Assembly: GCA_030265395.1 (NCBI GenBank)
Contig: JARFYF010000029.1
Span: 19,364,596-19,428,595 of the forward strand
Direction: 5' to 3'
Origin: Rhina ancylostomus
Lineage: Eukaryota
Length of the DNA stretch: 64,000 nucleotides
Shown: positions 1 through 12,800 of the stretch, in pieces
Layout: the number at the start of each line of letters is the position of its first letter
Numbering within the stretch: position 1 is the first letter of the stretch
The notes under the pieces: generated by a model
What the model was told of the DNA's origin: nothing
The model's input: the letters and a program-made list of their open reading frames with translations, nothing else
Database searches by the model: none
Made by a program: the position numbers and the translations under genes

Positions 1-1340
1 CCTGTACTGTTAAGGTTGGAAAGTAGTCTTTCATGCAATTGATGAGAAGTGCAGTATTAGTTAAGGAGGCCTTAATATGAAACCTTCACGTTGAAAATCA
101 GCAGTCACTTATGTCACTAAAAAAAATTAGCCATTTGCAATTAATGACCCAAGAAGTCAGTTGTAGCACATTCTCTATTTCACACAGTAATTCCTGCCTT
201 TATTCAAAATTACAAGTATAATCTTGAATAAAAGTATTATTGAGTCAGACCTGGTTGATATTTTCAGGTAAGAATCTTTTCCCGTAACGTACATGATTGT
301 ACGGGAACTTTTCAGTAGGAACTGGTGAAAGCAAAGAGAAATGACTCCTTTCTAGTTTTGCTCCAACTTGCCCTGTGAGAAAGTTCCTTAAAGCATGTAT
401 GTGATTATAGCTCCTTTTTTAATCACAGGTAAATTCAAAACTCAGCAATATGTTGCAGGACCTCTGTGACTGAAACAGAATTATGAAAGTGAAGACCTTT
501 AACTCCCACTTGCCCTTCCTGGTATTTTTTTCAGGAAAAACTGCAAAAGCATTGTTGAGAAATATTATGTAAAATTATCTCTTTACTGTCAATTGTTTGA
601 AATGTGACATTCCAGAGACAAGGTTAGGAATGATCATATAAAAAGAAAAATAGTGAAGCTTGAGTTCATTTCTCACTTTTCCTACTTGGTGCTTCTCCAG
701 GGAATATCTTTGGTATTTCCTGCATAGCACAATGTAGCTGGTGTAGTGGGCCAGCTGTGTGCCTATGAACAGTGTGCATTGCAAATGATGAATAAATGAG
801 AAGCCCATAATGGGAGCTCAAAACATGCTTCCTTTGCTAGGATAGGTCGGAGGTCTACAGAGCAGCAAAGTTCTTTTGGGAGAGGGTGGACAGGTGAGAG
901 CAGATGGCACATGACGACATTCTACCAGCAGCATGCAGGACATTCTTTTTCCATCCCATTGGAAAGGATGAATTCTTATCTAAGAATAAAAGGCCATTAA
1001 TTTTTTCCTAGATGAATCATCATTCAAAAACAAACTAACTGAAATGCTGTTAATGGTCTCAAAATTCCATGCCAAAATTAGTCGAGTTCAAGTGTATAAG
1101 TTGAGATGAGCAATTTTCTGTAGCAAGCAAGTCTGAGACAACATTTATTCCTTCCTAAATTAGGCTGTGCAGCCCTATAGTTGTGACTTGCTAAACAATA
1201 GTCACACATTAAAGCACTGTACATAATTCACAAAGTATTTTGAAAATCCTGAGATTGTGGAAAAAAGGCTATATCAATGTAGGTTTTCCTTGTGCATTGA
1301 ATATAGTTTTTCAACTTAACTCTTTTTTTCTTAAAAAGTC

Positions 1341-1346
1341 TTTATT
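1341..1346 (-). terminator. Candidate polyadenylation signal AATAAA (3' UTR about 2.45 kb)
   Basis: TTTATT on the + strand. Other copies at 2611, 1951, 1756, 1144 and 199; which are used cannot be told from sequence. Confidence 0.4.
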
Positions 1347-3791
1347 GAGCATTCATACCCAAAAATTTAATCTGACAAAATACAAACAACAGATTTTGAT
1401 TAATTAGGTCACTGAAATAAATAGAATTTTCCTTAAGTTATGTGAACAGATCCCAGGATTTGTAGCATTACACTATAAGAACAAGGGAGCACATCTGTGA
1501 ACACTGGTCAGGAGCCATTTTGTTTTCAATATGCTCCTAAAATCCCCTTTCCAATTATTAGGCAAACCATAATCCTCCTCACTCTAGTCAATATATTGTG
1601 GGCTTGTGTATACTCACAATTTTGCTTAATATATACATTTAGCTTGTTTATGCTTGGGTTGTCTCCTACAATCTTTGATTCTCAGCATCCAGGAATCCTT
1701 AGAGCCCTTTTCTGTTTGGTAACTCTCCCTCCAGCCTCCCACTATTGTCACCATCTTTATTCAATGCTCCAAGTAACTGTTGCTGTGGATGCATTCAGCA
1801 AAATGGTAATTATCCCAAGCAAGGGGACTAAGTAGTATTTGAGACCATGGTTTATCAGTACATTTTAAATTAAGGCTTCTTGTTAACTAGTCCAAAGATC
1901 TTAAAACCTGCCTCTACTACTTAAAGAATAGTATTACTTTTTCACAAGCCTTTATTTTAAGGAAAACAGGTGAATCCTTGAGCCTGATGAAGTCATGTAG
2001 TGAATGCAACTCAGCACTGAATTTATGATCACTAAGATGTGCTCTGACTAGTTGTGGAATATACTGACCCTCTAACATCTAGCACCAAAGCAGTCATAAC
2101 TGAGTTTGTCTTTGAAGTTCTCCACACAGTTTTTTAATCCCAGGTGGATCTGCAGAGAAGGCATTAAGTTCTATTAAAATGCTTTCCTCCCAGGACTGGG
2201 CAATAGAATAAGGATGACCTTCCCCATCCAAAGCTGATGTTCATATTTCATTCAGGGATCAGGACCAAGGCCAATGCTTTGAGAATACATGCTTATTGAA
2301 CACTGAATGTGTATATGATTAGTACCACACTGCTTTCAAGCAGCAGGGGCGTTTCCAAACGATTTAGCATTTCTCTAGAATTTTACTTCACCAGGAGTTT
2401 GCAAGGTAAAAACCCATTGTGATCATGTTGAAAATACTATGTGTCAATGCTAAACTATTCTTGCATCTTTGCCCAAGAACTACATTACAGTGATTGAACA
2501 TCAGTGCCCTTTTAACTATATATGTTTCAATTCTTACAGTTCCTTTACAACTTGAGTTATCTCAGGATCTTGTAAACATTGTGATAATTATTTTTTGTAT
2601 AGTACTGTCTTTTATTATATGTCCCATCTGGCAACCTGTGTGGGGTTGAAAGGTCAGCACAGCAACATACAAGCATTGGTAAGCATACCTGATTTTTCAA
2701 AATCTTCTTGAGACATTGCTCCGCACAGGTGATTTAGTCAGGTTTGCAGCCTGTGGCTAAAGTGGCAATGTTCTGTTTTAAGGCTGGTGTAGGCCAGCTC
2801 TGTGTAGCTGTAAACTTTTGATTTTTCTGTACAATGCAATGTACAATACAAAAGCTATAGTCACAAAGTCTATGGCATATTTCCTGCATGAGGGAATTAC
2901 TTTCTAATGGCATTGACCAATAATTTCAAACCTACCCTGTTAGTTGCTGCTTATTATGGCGTCAGGGCAGTTTGCTCAAATTTCAGCCACTACACAGTAA
3001 TAACTGGGTCATACTTAATTTAAACTGGTGAGATGGCAATCAGTTACATTTTCAGATTTCCAATTGGTTTAAACATGGGCAGATAGAAAATGTCATCTCC
3101 AATAACCCTTGGTGTATACAGCACATTGACAGTTGTGTGCTTTGATTTCAGTCTTTTACACTGTGACAATAATATACAGGGAGCTCTGTGCTGCTTCATT
3201 ACACATTTTACACCTCACTCCTTTAGACCAGTGGTCTGTTATCAAGCAGTGAGTAGCTCTGCCATACCTTTCCACACTGATCAACAGATAAATGACATCA
3301 GTGGTGCATGACTGCATCCGACTGATAGATCAATTATGCTGTGATAGCAGATCAAATATAGAATCCAAAAGTTAGTTTAAAAATATTCACATATTTACAC
3401 ATATCCTCTTTTTATCTCTTCTTTCCCTTCTGGCACATCCATCTCTGAAAAAGGGCCTTCTCCAATGATGTTTTCTTCTCCCTTGTTTCTCTGCCTCATT
3501 CCAGGAAACTTAAAACTTTACCTGTGCGATGTCACGCATATCAAATGAGAGCAGAAAGCCAGGCTGAGATGATGCAGATTTTAGACAAGTCGAAACGATA
3601 AAGAGTCACTGGAACTGATTTCATTCCCCCTCAAGGCTTTCACATTTATAGTGAGCACAGCTTTGATATAATAGCCTCCTTGTGTCTGTGTATTGATGTA
3701 TTGCCAATTTCAGATTGAAGAACCACTGAATAGAGAAATACAGTGACTGGTTCTAGCCGCCTTTGCCATTAAGATGCTTCCCAACGGTGGC

Positions 3792-3823
3792 TTACTTCTT
3801 GTGAAGGAATTTCATTTTGCTAC
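3792..3823 (-). CDS. DENND2A: Terminal coding exon [10 protein letters not shown]
   Basis: TTTCTAG|GT AGC AAA ATG AAA TTC CTT CAC AAG AAG TAA; family-typical C-terminus KMKFLHKK. Confidence 0.95.
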
Positions 3824-6800
3824 CTAGAAATGGAAAAATAATTGATCAACTTTCACAATATTAACAGCTGGAGTACCTGTAGAAGAACATCAAACACCAC
3901 AGAAAAATAGTCTAGCTGCACAAAAAATGGCAGCATTATACAGGACAATGGCCTGGAGATAAACTACAAAGATTCATTTCTTTAATTCCTTTTCTTTACC
4001 TCATAGAGCTTCACCAGTGTTTAAAAAAAATATTACCTAGACCTCTGAGGAATCTGTTCATCCCTCTTTGTTCACTCCCTGGGAGAGTTTCAAGGTAGTC
4101 CTGTGCTCTAACCTCAAATAAACCTATAGAAGACAACAAAAGTTCATTGCTGGAAAGATAAATATGTCAGAACATAGAACATAATATCAGTTTGACCAAA
4201 CCAGGCTTGGTAGAATGCTTAAAATATGCAGGCACACATGGTAGGGGACATCCTCAGGTCCGTAAGATTTAACAAGTGAAATAACAGAGTCATACAGCAT
4301 AGAAACGCCCTGCTGCCCAACTGGCCCATTCCCATCTATGTCAGGTTGCAGTGAGACAAATCATAGTAGTAAATGTTCAACAGAATTGATTTTATTCCAT
4401 TATTAAGAAACTTTGGTCCTTACTTTGTCAAAATTCAATAGGACCATGAGGTCAGTAATTTGGCATGATGGGTAGCTGTATTTAACGCCTTCTGATTCCC
4501 ACAGGTACAGGATGATCAGAATCATACCAGCCCTTGATGCAAGAGATGCCTCTCCAGAAGAAGATTCTATTACCCCTTTCCACCAAGGATCTTTGGTAAG
4601 GGGGTGACAGAAGATTCCCAAAAAAGATCCTTGGTATTGGTGGTTTCAGACTTTGACAGGCCTGGCCTGTTGGGATGCTTTTATATGTTTACACTGGCCA
4701 TTCATCTACTCGACTTTCTGCTATCTTCTCCAAAGTAAAGGGCATGGGTGTGGCTAGGATTGGATTCCATGGGATCTAAGTTTTAGCCAAGATAAATCTG
4801 ATGGAGGCCCACTGCTATGGACAATGTCCTTTGCAGTTTAGTTAAAAGAAACAATCCAACAGAAGTGAATATTTCTGTTTGTCCCTGCACCAGGCCAGCA
4901 CTCACTCTCCTGTCAAATGGTTAAAAACAAACAGCTGTGTATCCAAGCAGGAAAGGTTGGCTGCGCTACAGCAGAGACATTTTGGGACATGCCATATGAA
5001 AGGTCCATCATGAAAGTGAATGCTTTCAAGTAACATTTTACAAATATCTTTTTATACTAAATGTACTGTTCAGTGAGGCAGAGAGAATTGTTTTAGTTGT
5101 GACTGAATAAATTTTATATTACATTTTGTAATGTTTCACAGGGCAATAATTTGTATTGGTTTGATCGCATTATTCATTTTTCTATGGAGGGAAACCAGCT
5201 ACCAAAAGATGTGAATGAGTTAAATGAGTGGCTGGAGAAAAGAGGAAGGAGGAGGCGGTACCATGACCCAAATCTTCACCTTTCACCCCAAGCTTCCTCA
5301 GCTCTCGATCTTGAATAAATCCTCCAAACATCTGCGTCTCCATGAAAACCTCCAGAAATCGACGGACACTTTTTGATGAGATGGATTTGCGAAATGCCTC
5401 CCACAGGAAAATTCTTTCATCCTTTTCATTGGACGTCATGTACAAGGAGTAGTGACCTACTATCTCCACAAAGAAGCGGACAAAAGTCTCAGATACCACA
5501 GTATTAAGGGAGCCGAGACCTAGAAAAGGAAATCGGAAAAAAAACTCAGCATCTATTTCATCAGAGTAGCTTAGATGTACCCATGAGGATAATGTCTCCT
5601 GTGCTTAAATATTACTATTTCTGTTCTTCTGTGTTCATTTGCTTCTCATTTTGCCCTATACTAGTTGCTCAAGAGCATCTGGAAAGAGTTGAATTCAGAC
5701 GTACTAAACCAGTTATGTACGTTTCCTTTCTCATGTTAGAATGTAGCAAACTGGAGGAATGTTAGTGCAGTTTCAACGACGAGGAGGAGGAGTAAAACCA
5801 AGAACTCTGAAGTTTTAAATTAAATTGAAGCAAAGAGCAAACAAATGAGCAGAATGTGAACTTGAACAGGTAGTTAAAANNNNNNNNNNNNNNNNNNNNN
5901 NNNNNNNNNNNNNNNNNNNNNNNNNNNNNNNNNNNNNNNNNNNNNNNNNNNNNNNNNNNNNNNNNNNNNNNNNNNNNNNGGGGTTCGATTCCTGTCGCTG
6001 TCTGTGAGTTTGTACGTTCTCCCCTTGTCTGTGTGGGTTTCCTCTGGGTGCTCCGGTTTCCTCCCACATTCCAAAGACGTATGGGTAGGTTAATTTAGGT
6101 TTAAAATGGGCAGCGTGGGCTCATTGGACCAGAAGGGCCTGTTACCGTACTTCAAATAAAATGTAAAAAAAAGAGATAAATAAAATATAATTTAATTTAA
6201 ATTTAAATTTAGAATGTTCAAACTCCACAGAGACAGCACCAGAGATCAGGATTGAACCTGAATGGCTGAGGTTGTGAGGTAGCAGATCCACGAACTGCAC
6301 TGGTGTGCATTCTCTCTCCACAGATACTGCCTGACCTAATGGGTATTTCCAGCTCTTGCTGTTTTTACTTTGAGATTAGCTGACTAATCTCCATTTGCTG
6401 TTTTATGCCTGGGTAATAAGCTAAAAATTTAACCCCAATACATTTGAGACAGGATCTGGTATTTATGAGTAAATGAGATACATTTACAGGGATGAGAGGA
6501 TTCATTTGCGTCTGAGAAGTTTATCTTTATATGGAGTACAATTAAGAGGTTGTCTAACATTTTGGAATGTGACATGTGGGTAACTTAAGATATAACTAGT
6601 AAGTATATCAAGTCAAGTCGAGTTTATTGTCATGTGCTTGAGTTTGGTGAGGTGCAGGTACAATGTAAAACTTGCCAGCAGCAGCATCACAAGCACATAG
6701 AATCAGACAACACACAGAACATAAATTATACTTAAATTATACAAGACGGTGAAGAAAAAGACTGTGCAAAACAAGACATCAGTGCAAAAGACACAATCAG

Positions 6801-9800
6801 AAACAAGTCCATGGTAGTGCAAGAGGTGGTCTGTAGTGTTCTTTTGCTGAGGTAGGATTAGGGTTGCGCAGATTGGTTCAAGAACCTTTTGATTTACTTT
6901 GAATAATTGGGAGGGACAGATGATTTTGGATATGGTCCACGAAATTCTCCACCACTGAAATTTTTCTCCCCTTGGGTCTGGATCCATTTAGTCTAATTGA
7001 TGGAGATTGATTGCCAGAATTACTCAACAGCTAACACCAAAGGTAGTTGAAGGCAAACAAGCTGGGCTATGATATCTTCTTGTCAGTCAATTCCCGAATC
7101 AACTGGTTTTACAGACAAATTAGTTAATCAAAAAGTGAACTGTGCATACAGAGCAGTCCAAATCTACTAAACATTAGTGGCACTAGGAATTTGGTTAAAG
7201 TGGAATTCAGATCGGAGGAGGAAATGGAGCCCATTGGGCAACAGTAAATGTTAAAGAAAATGATATCCAAGGGCAGTTGAACTTTGGCAATGTGAATTGG
7301 ATTGAGAGATATGGGGTAATAATTTGGTGGTAGAGCATGGTATCTTCAAGCATTGCAGTGAAACTGTAATAAGTGTTATTTTTAAAGTACCAATACCCAA
7401 AACACACAGGCAGAAATCTAAAGGTTTCACATTATAACTACAGAGAATTGGTACTGAGGCTNNNNNNNNNNCGAATAGACAGAATGTTATAGCCTATAGA
7501 ATCAGGATAGATGGATACTGCATTCGTTCTCAATTACTGACTGCAGGTTTCATTTCATTTTGTCGATTCCAGTTCATTTTTCCAACTGAAGTTACATCTG
7601 AAGGGATATGTTGCTTATTTTCCCCCCGAATCTTTTGAGGAAAAGGGAAGGGATTTTATTTAAGGAACATGAGCCCAATTTAGTAAAAAATCAGAGGAGT
7701 ACAGATTTAAGCAACTATCAAAAAAAGATGTGAAAAGAAATATCTTTATACTAGGATTGTTACAATGTGGAAATGCATTGCCCCAAAGTATGATAGAAGA
7801 TGATTCAGTCATTTTAAAAAAAACCCAACACTTTCAGTTCAATTGAGAAGCAGTAGTACTGTGGGGCTGTCTGTTATCACCAACGGTAGTGAGTCACAGG
7901 GCCTTTTTTGGTTGTTTCATTCTATGTGTATTTTCTTTCTTTTTGTTTTGTGTTATCTACAGATTATTTAGTTTATTATTATCAATAAACTTTTTTTAAC
8001 CATTTATGATAATATACTACAATCTGCAGGAACTTGCAGCGCAGCTTTGGACAGTTTCAGATTACAAATGGGCTGGTAACAGAGTGGTGACTCAGTACAG
8101 TTAGAGTGTAGTTTCAAGTAAAATTTCAACACAATACTGAGGGAGTATTACATGATCAAAGGTGCCATCTTAATAAGGAGTTGTTAAACCTAGGCCCCGT
8201 TGGCTTGTCTACAATGGGAGAGCAAATTTCCATGGCATTATTTTGAGGATCACAAGAACTGTTCTCAAAATATTGTGAAAATGAAGCACTAAAACAAATC
8301 TGGTCATTAACACATCCAACAACCCAAGTATCTGAGTTAAATCCCAAATATTTATTGTCCCATTACACATGGACAACAATGGTGGATCAAGTTCAGAACT
8401 TGTGAGCTTGCTTTCAGCCAAGCTGAACAGAATCATAGGGCAGGTTATTTTGTAATTCAAATTTGTTATCATCTAGTTTGACAAATTGGAGTATCCTATT
8501 GCCTGTGATGTAAACCGTGCCTTTAATTTCTGTTATGGTATTACTCTTCCTTATCACTCATCATCAATCAGCCACCCCCGTGACTTCTGTAAATGCATTA
8601 AAAGAGGTTTCTGGATTCCCTTACCATCTAATAGAGTGTCCTCTTCTTGACTGACCAACTCATTACGCATCTCCAAAACATGCTCCAGTGCCACCTGCAG
8701 TTTACGTGGTAGAATGGAATCCTCATCATCCACCTAATAAAAGGAAACAAATAGTGAATGTTCATGTTAGCAGACATTGACCATTAAGATTCTTTGGCAA
8801 CCTGCCTGAACTGCCATTCATGAGCTCTGTGTTGTTAGTAGCTGATCTATACACTGCTTAGGGGACACTGCATTTTTAAGAAGTGCAGTCATTCCACAGC
8901 TAGGTGCTAAGCCTAATCTAATATGAACACTTAAAAATCCTACATCACTTTTTAAACAAGTGCTGGGAGTTCAGTCTTCAGCAATATTTATCCCTCAACA
9001 AAACCTAGACTAGCTGGTAATTCCTATAGGTGTGTTTTGTGGGACTTGCTACGTGAACACTTAATCAGCTGTAGCAAATGCCAGCTAAATAGAAATGATT
9101 ATACTTAAGATATGCTTTATTACACATCACTTGCAAAATGCTGTGGGACACTGAAGCTAAATGTGATTTACAAGAACAAGTTCTTTTTATCTTGTGCCTG
9201 AACTAAGACAGTGAGGCTGGAGTCACTCACTAATTGTGCCACCATTCTATGGGGTTGATTTTGTCTGTTTTTATAAATTGAAACCAGTTTTACATCTTTC
9301 CCATTCTTTATTTCCACTGACTTCAGATGACACCTTTTCTTTCATTCATCCTTCAGTGTGGGATAGTTTTTTCCAAAGCATCACGTGGAATTTGCTACAT
9401 GCACAGTTGCAATCTAAGAGTGAGTGAAGGAGTTTCATCCTATCACAGTTTGCAAAACAGAAGTATCACTCACCTGCCTGAGAAACTTGTTTGCCCCAAG
9501 ATTAACTACAAGCACCTTAAATAAGAAATAAAAAAAGACAGTTTCATTCCACGTCTTAGATCTCAGACACAATGACCATCTAACCAGTCAACAAAAGTGA
9601 CAGAGAAAAATATGTTGTAGATAATGAAAGGTTAATTCAACATTTTCTCATTCACAAACCTTGAGACACCCTGGGAAGTTGGTTGTTTAATGGTATGAAC
9701 AGGATGAAGTGAATTGAAGGTGCATCTCATAAGAGAAGTTTTGAGGGGACACATTCTTCAACTGTAGGAGGGTGCTATTGGTAGATGGACTGAATTAAAA

Positions 9801-12800
9801 TCCAGGTTCCTAATGTGATATGATAGTATGCTAATCTCACAATACATGGTCCTCATATCATTTTAGCTCTTTAATGAAACAAACAATGTTCCTAAGCAAA
9901 AACAGAAAATGCTGTAAATATTCAGCAGCTCAGGCCACATCTGTGGGAAGAGAAATAGAATTCAGATTTCAGGTTGAAGATCTTTTGTCAGTTCTTTCAT
10001 CTTTGACCAAAAACAGTAACTGTTTCTCTTCCTATAGATGCAGTCTTGACCTGCTGAGTATTTCCATCATTTTCTGTTTATAATTTAGATTTCCAGCATT
10101 TGCAGTTTTTTTGATTTTCATTCAATGTTCCTAAACACTCTGGAGAAAAGGAGTACAAAGAACAGGGAAGCCACCTAACCTTTTTTACTCATTTATTTAG
10201 GCAGAATATAAAGACCCAATATACAATTGGACCTTAAATGAGTCCAAAGTTTTTATGTCTATTAACAGAAATTCCAGTGTGAATAACAAACTTCTTGATA
10301 ACACTTAAATTCTTATTATTATTTCAAGCTATGACTCCTTGTGCTTCTCAAGCAATTTATTTCAAATTAAACTTTCAGACTTACCTATCTTGTACAAGAT
10401 AGCCATTGGGACATGGCTAAAGGGGCCAAATTTCTCCCATCTTTCCACTTGGCTCACCCCTTTGATAGTTTGACCAAACAAATGCAACAGCACTGCCTCT
10501 GATGAGCAAATATCTCATTTCAATAAACTAGACTCAGTACTCAAGGCGTGGTCTGACCTAGGACACAATATATTTAGATTGCTCTCTTGGCTATGTTGTT
10601 AATTGCTGTGTATTGATTGTCTAAATCTTCTCAGTCTCATTCAGCTTTATCCTTAATTATTTCAGCACCATCCTTCAAGTATTCACTGTTTTCGTTCATG
10701 GAATACCTCTGAATGAAACACTGCTTCTTACCTCTTCGAGTGGCAGGTCCTTCAGCTTGGGCAGGGAGCTGGAAAGAAGTCCTATCAAAAATGGAGTGGG
10801 AGAGCAGGCTATGTCAATCATGGACGGAGGTAGAACAGGGATGTAGGTGTGCTGCCAGGCAAAAGGATATAGAAGTGCCATCACTGCATGGCAGCACTTG
10901 GATAGGGTGCTGCAAGAGGAGGAAAAAAAAACTGGTGAGAAACTCTGCTTATCAGTGATAAGCAGACCACACAGTTCACTGACTCTGAACACAATTGCTT
11001 CTTCAGTCCTGATAAACATTACCAGCATCCAGCACAGGTACACAGCTTTCAGTACTGCATTGTGCTGGATGAACAAAATGAAAATTATTACAAAATAAGA
11101 TTTTTTTAACCTGATATTTCCATTTTTGTTCGTCAAGATTAATATGTTGGTCAATAATATAGAAATACATATAAGGTTTCAATTTGTAAAATTATTACTG
11201 AGAATACCTACATGGTAATTATTAAAAATCAAATTAACTTTCTGCAACCTCCAACAGCACAAGTGTTAAATTGGAAAATGGGGACCAGGATTATGACACA
11301 TGATTAACATTGTTATACCATGTGCCAAGTTCCCCACCCATAATTATGATGCCAGTATCCAAACAGTGCATCACCATAGATACAATTCACAAGTCTCCAA
11401 CATCAGTTCAAACTACTTTATGCTGTGCCATAGCTGAACATGGTCAAGAGCAGACATCCCAATCTTCTGAATAAGTGTTTGAGTCCTTAATAGAGACGAT
11501 AGGATTGGGGATGGATGTCCTCTACCCAAAGGGAACCAGGAAATCCTCCTGGCACACAATAAAACAGCAGTGACCAATGCTAAGGTCAAATTGTGGTCTA
11601 ATTCCACAAAAATCCTCAGGTAGCACAACTAGAGTCCCCAATCCCAGCTCTGCCCCAGCAGGCTGTCAAAGCTTACTGTTGTGAATGGCATTATTCACTT
11701 CTTATGTTTCCTATATTCAGAAACATTTTAAAAAAATCAGTTGAAATTATGTAAAATTATATGTATTTTAAGAAGCCTAAATAATAAATGTTAAATCATT
11801 GTTAATTAATTAAAAATACTCAGAAATATATAAAGGTAAAAACATCAAAACTTCCCTTTTTAATGAAGATTGGTGACCCCATTCAAATGGTGGGGGAGGG
11901 GGGTCATTGCTTATGCACCACCCACCCATGGCTGATGTAAAATTGAGAGGCAGACTCAGAATGCATCCAGCCCCTCTGAAACTTAGGGAGAGTCCAGGAG
12001 CAGAGTGGGAGGTTAGATCTTCTGACCTCCAGTGTGTCTCCAATCCAGGTGTGTAAGTTGAAGGTGCATTGAACGCAGGGGGTATACAGGGGGCAGTTCT
12101 GTAGAACTCTAGAAATNNNNNNNNNNNNNNNNNNNNNNNNNNNNNNNNNNNNNNNNNNNNNNNNNNNNNNNNNNNNNNNNNNNNNNNNNNNNNNNNNNNN
12201 NNNNNNNNNNNNNNNNNNNNNNNNNNNNNNNNNNNNNNNNNNNNNNNNNNNNNNNNNNNNNNNNNNNNNNNNNNNNNNNNNNNNNNNNNNNNNNNNNNNN
12301 NNNNNNNNNNNNNNNNNNNACACACCCAAACGTTGCACACAATGAATATTCACAGCTGATCAACCATGACAGGAACAACAAATAAACTGTAGGACATTAA
12401 CTTTCCTCTCTTACAGTACGGAATGGTGCACAGTCAATAACAAACTGGAGAGGGGACATGTGTGGGTGCAATGTCTCAGCATACAAATAGGATACACAAG
12501 TGTGGTCAATGGCAGTTTTAACCACTGGGATGCTACAGTCCTGCTAAATCCACATGCTTGTGTTGCTTGAAAATAAAAACAAATGCACATACTGAAAATC
12601 TGAAAATACTCATCAGGTCATGCAGCATCTGAGAGAAACAGACTTTGATGTTTCCCACTTCTAACAAAGGGTCAGATCTATCCAGCTAACTATGTTTGGG
12701 AGTGTTTCATGCTCCAACCAAGTACCAAAAAAATGGAAAACATCCCTTTCCTTGCCTTTAAATACTCTTCAAACTAAAGAACACACAAGAACATTTTAAA

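Noticed and set aside
279-307. 8-bp inverted repeat TTCCCGTA/TACGGGAA
   Set aside because: The stem does not extend convincingly and is compatible with chance in 64 kb.
1497-1835. 112-aa hydrophobic plus-strand ORF
   Set aside because: GTG start, T-rich composition and no recognisable domain; lies antisense in the probable 3' UTR.
3405-3504. Strong plus-strand polypyrimidine tract ending in CAG, suggesting an antisense gene
   Set aside because: No downstream open exon or partner exons found; explained by purine-rich UTR sequence on the minus strand.
5762-6074. Three overlapping minus-strand ORFs ([14 protein letters not shown]...)
   Set aside because: Antisense translation of the V-SINE running into an N gap.
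10713-11098. Plus-strand ORFs of 81 and 83 aa
   Set aside because: They overlap a DENN exon in antisense and have no independent support.
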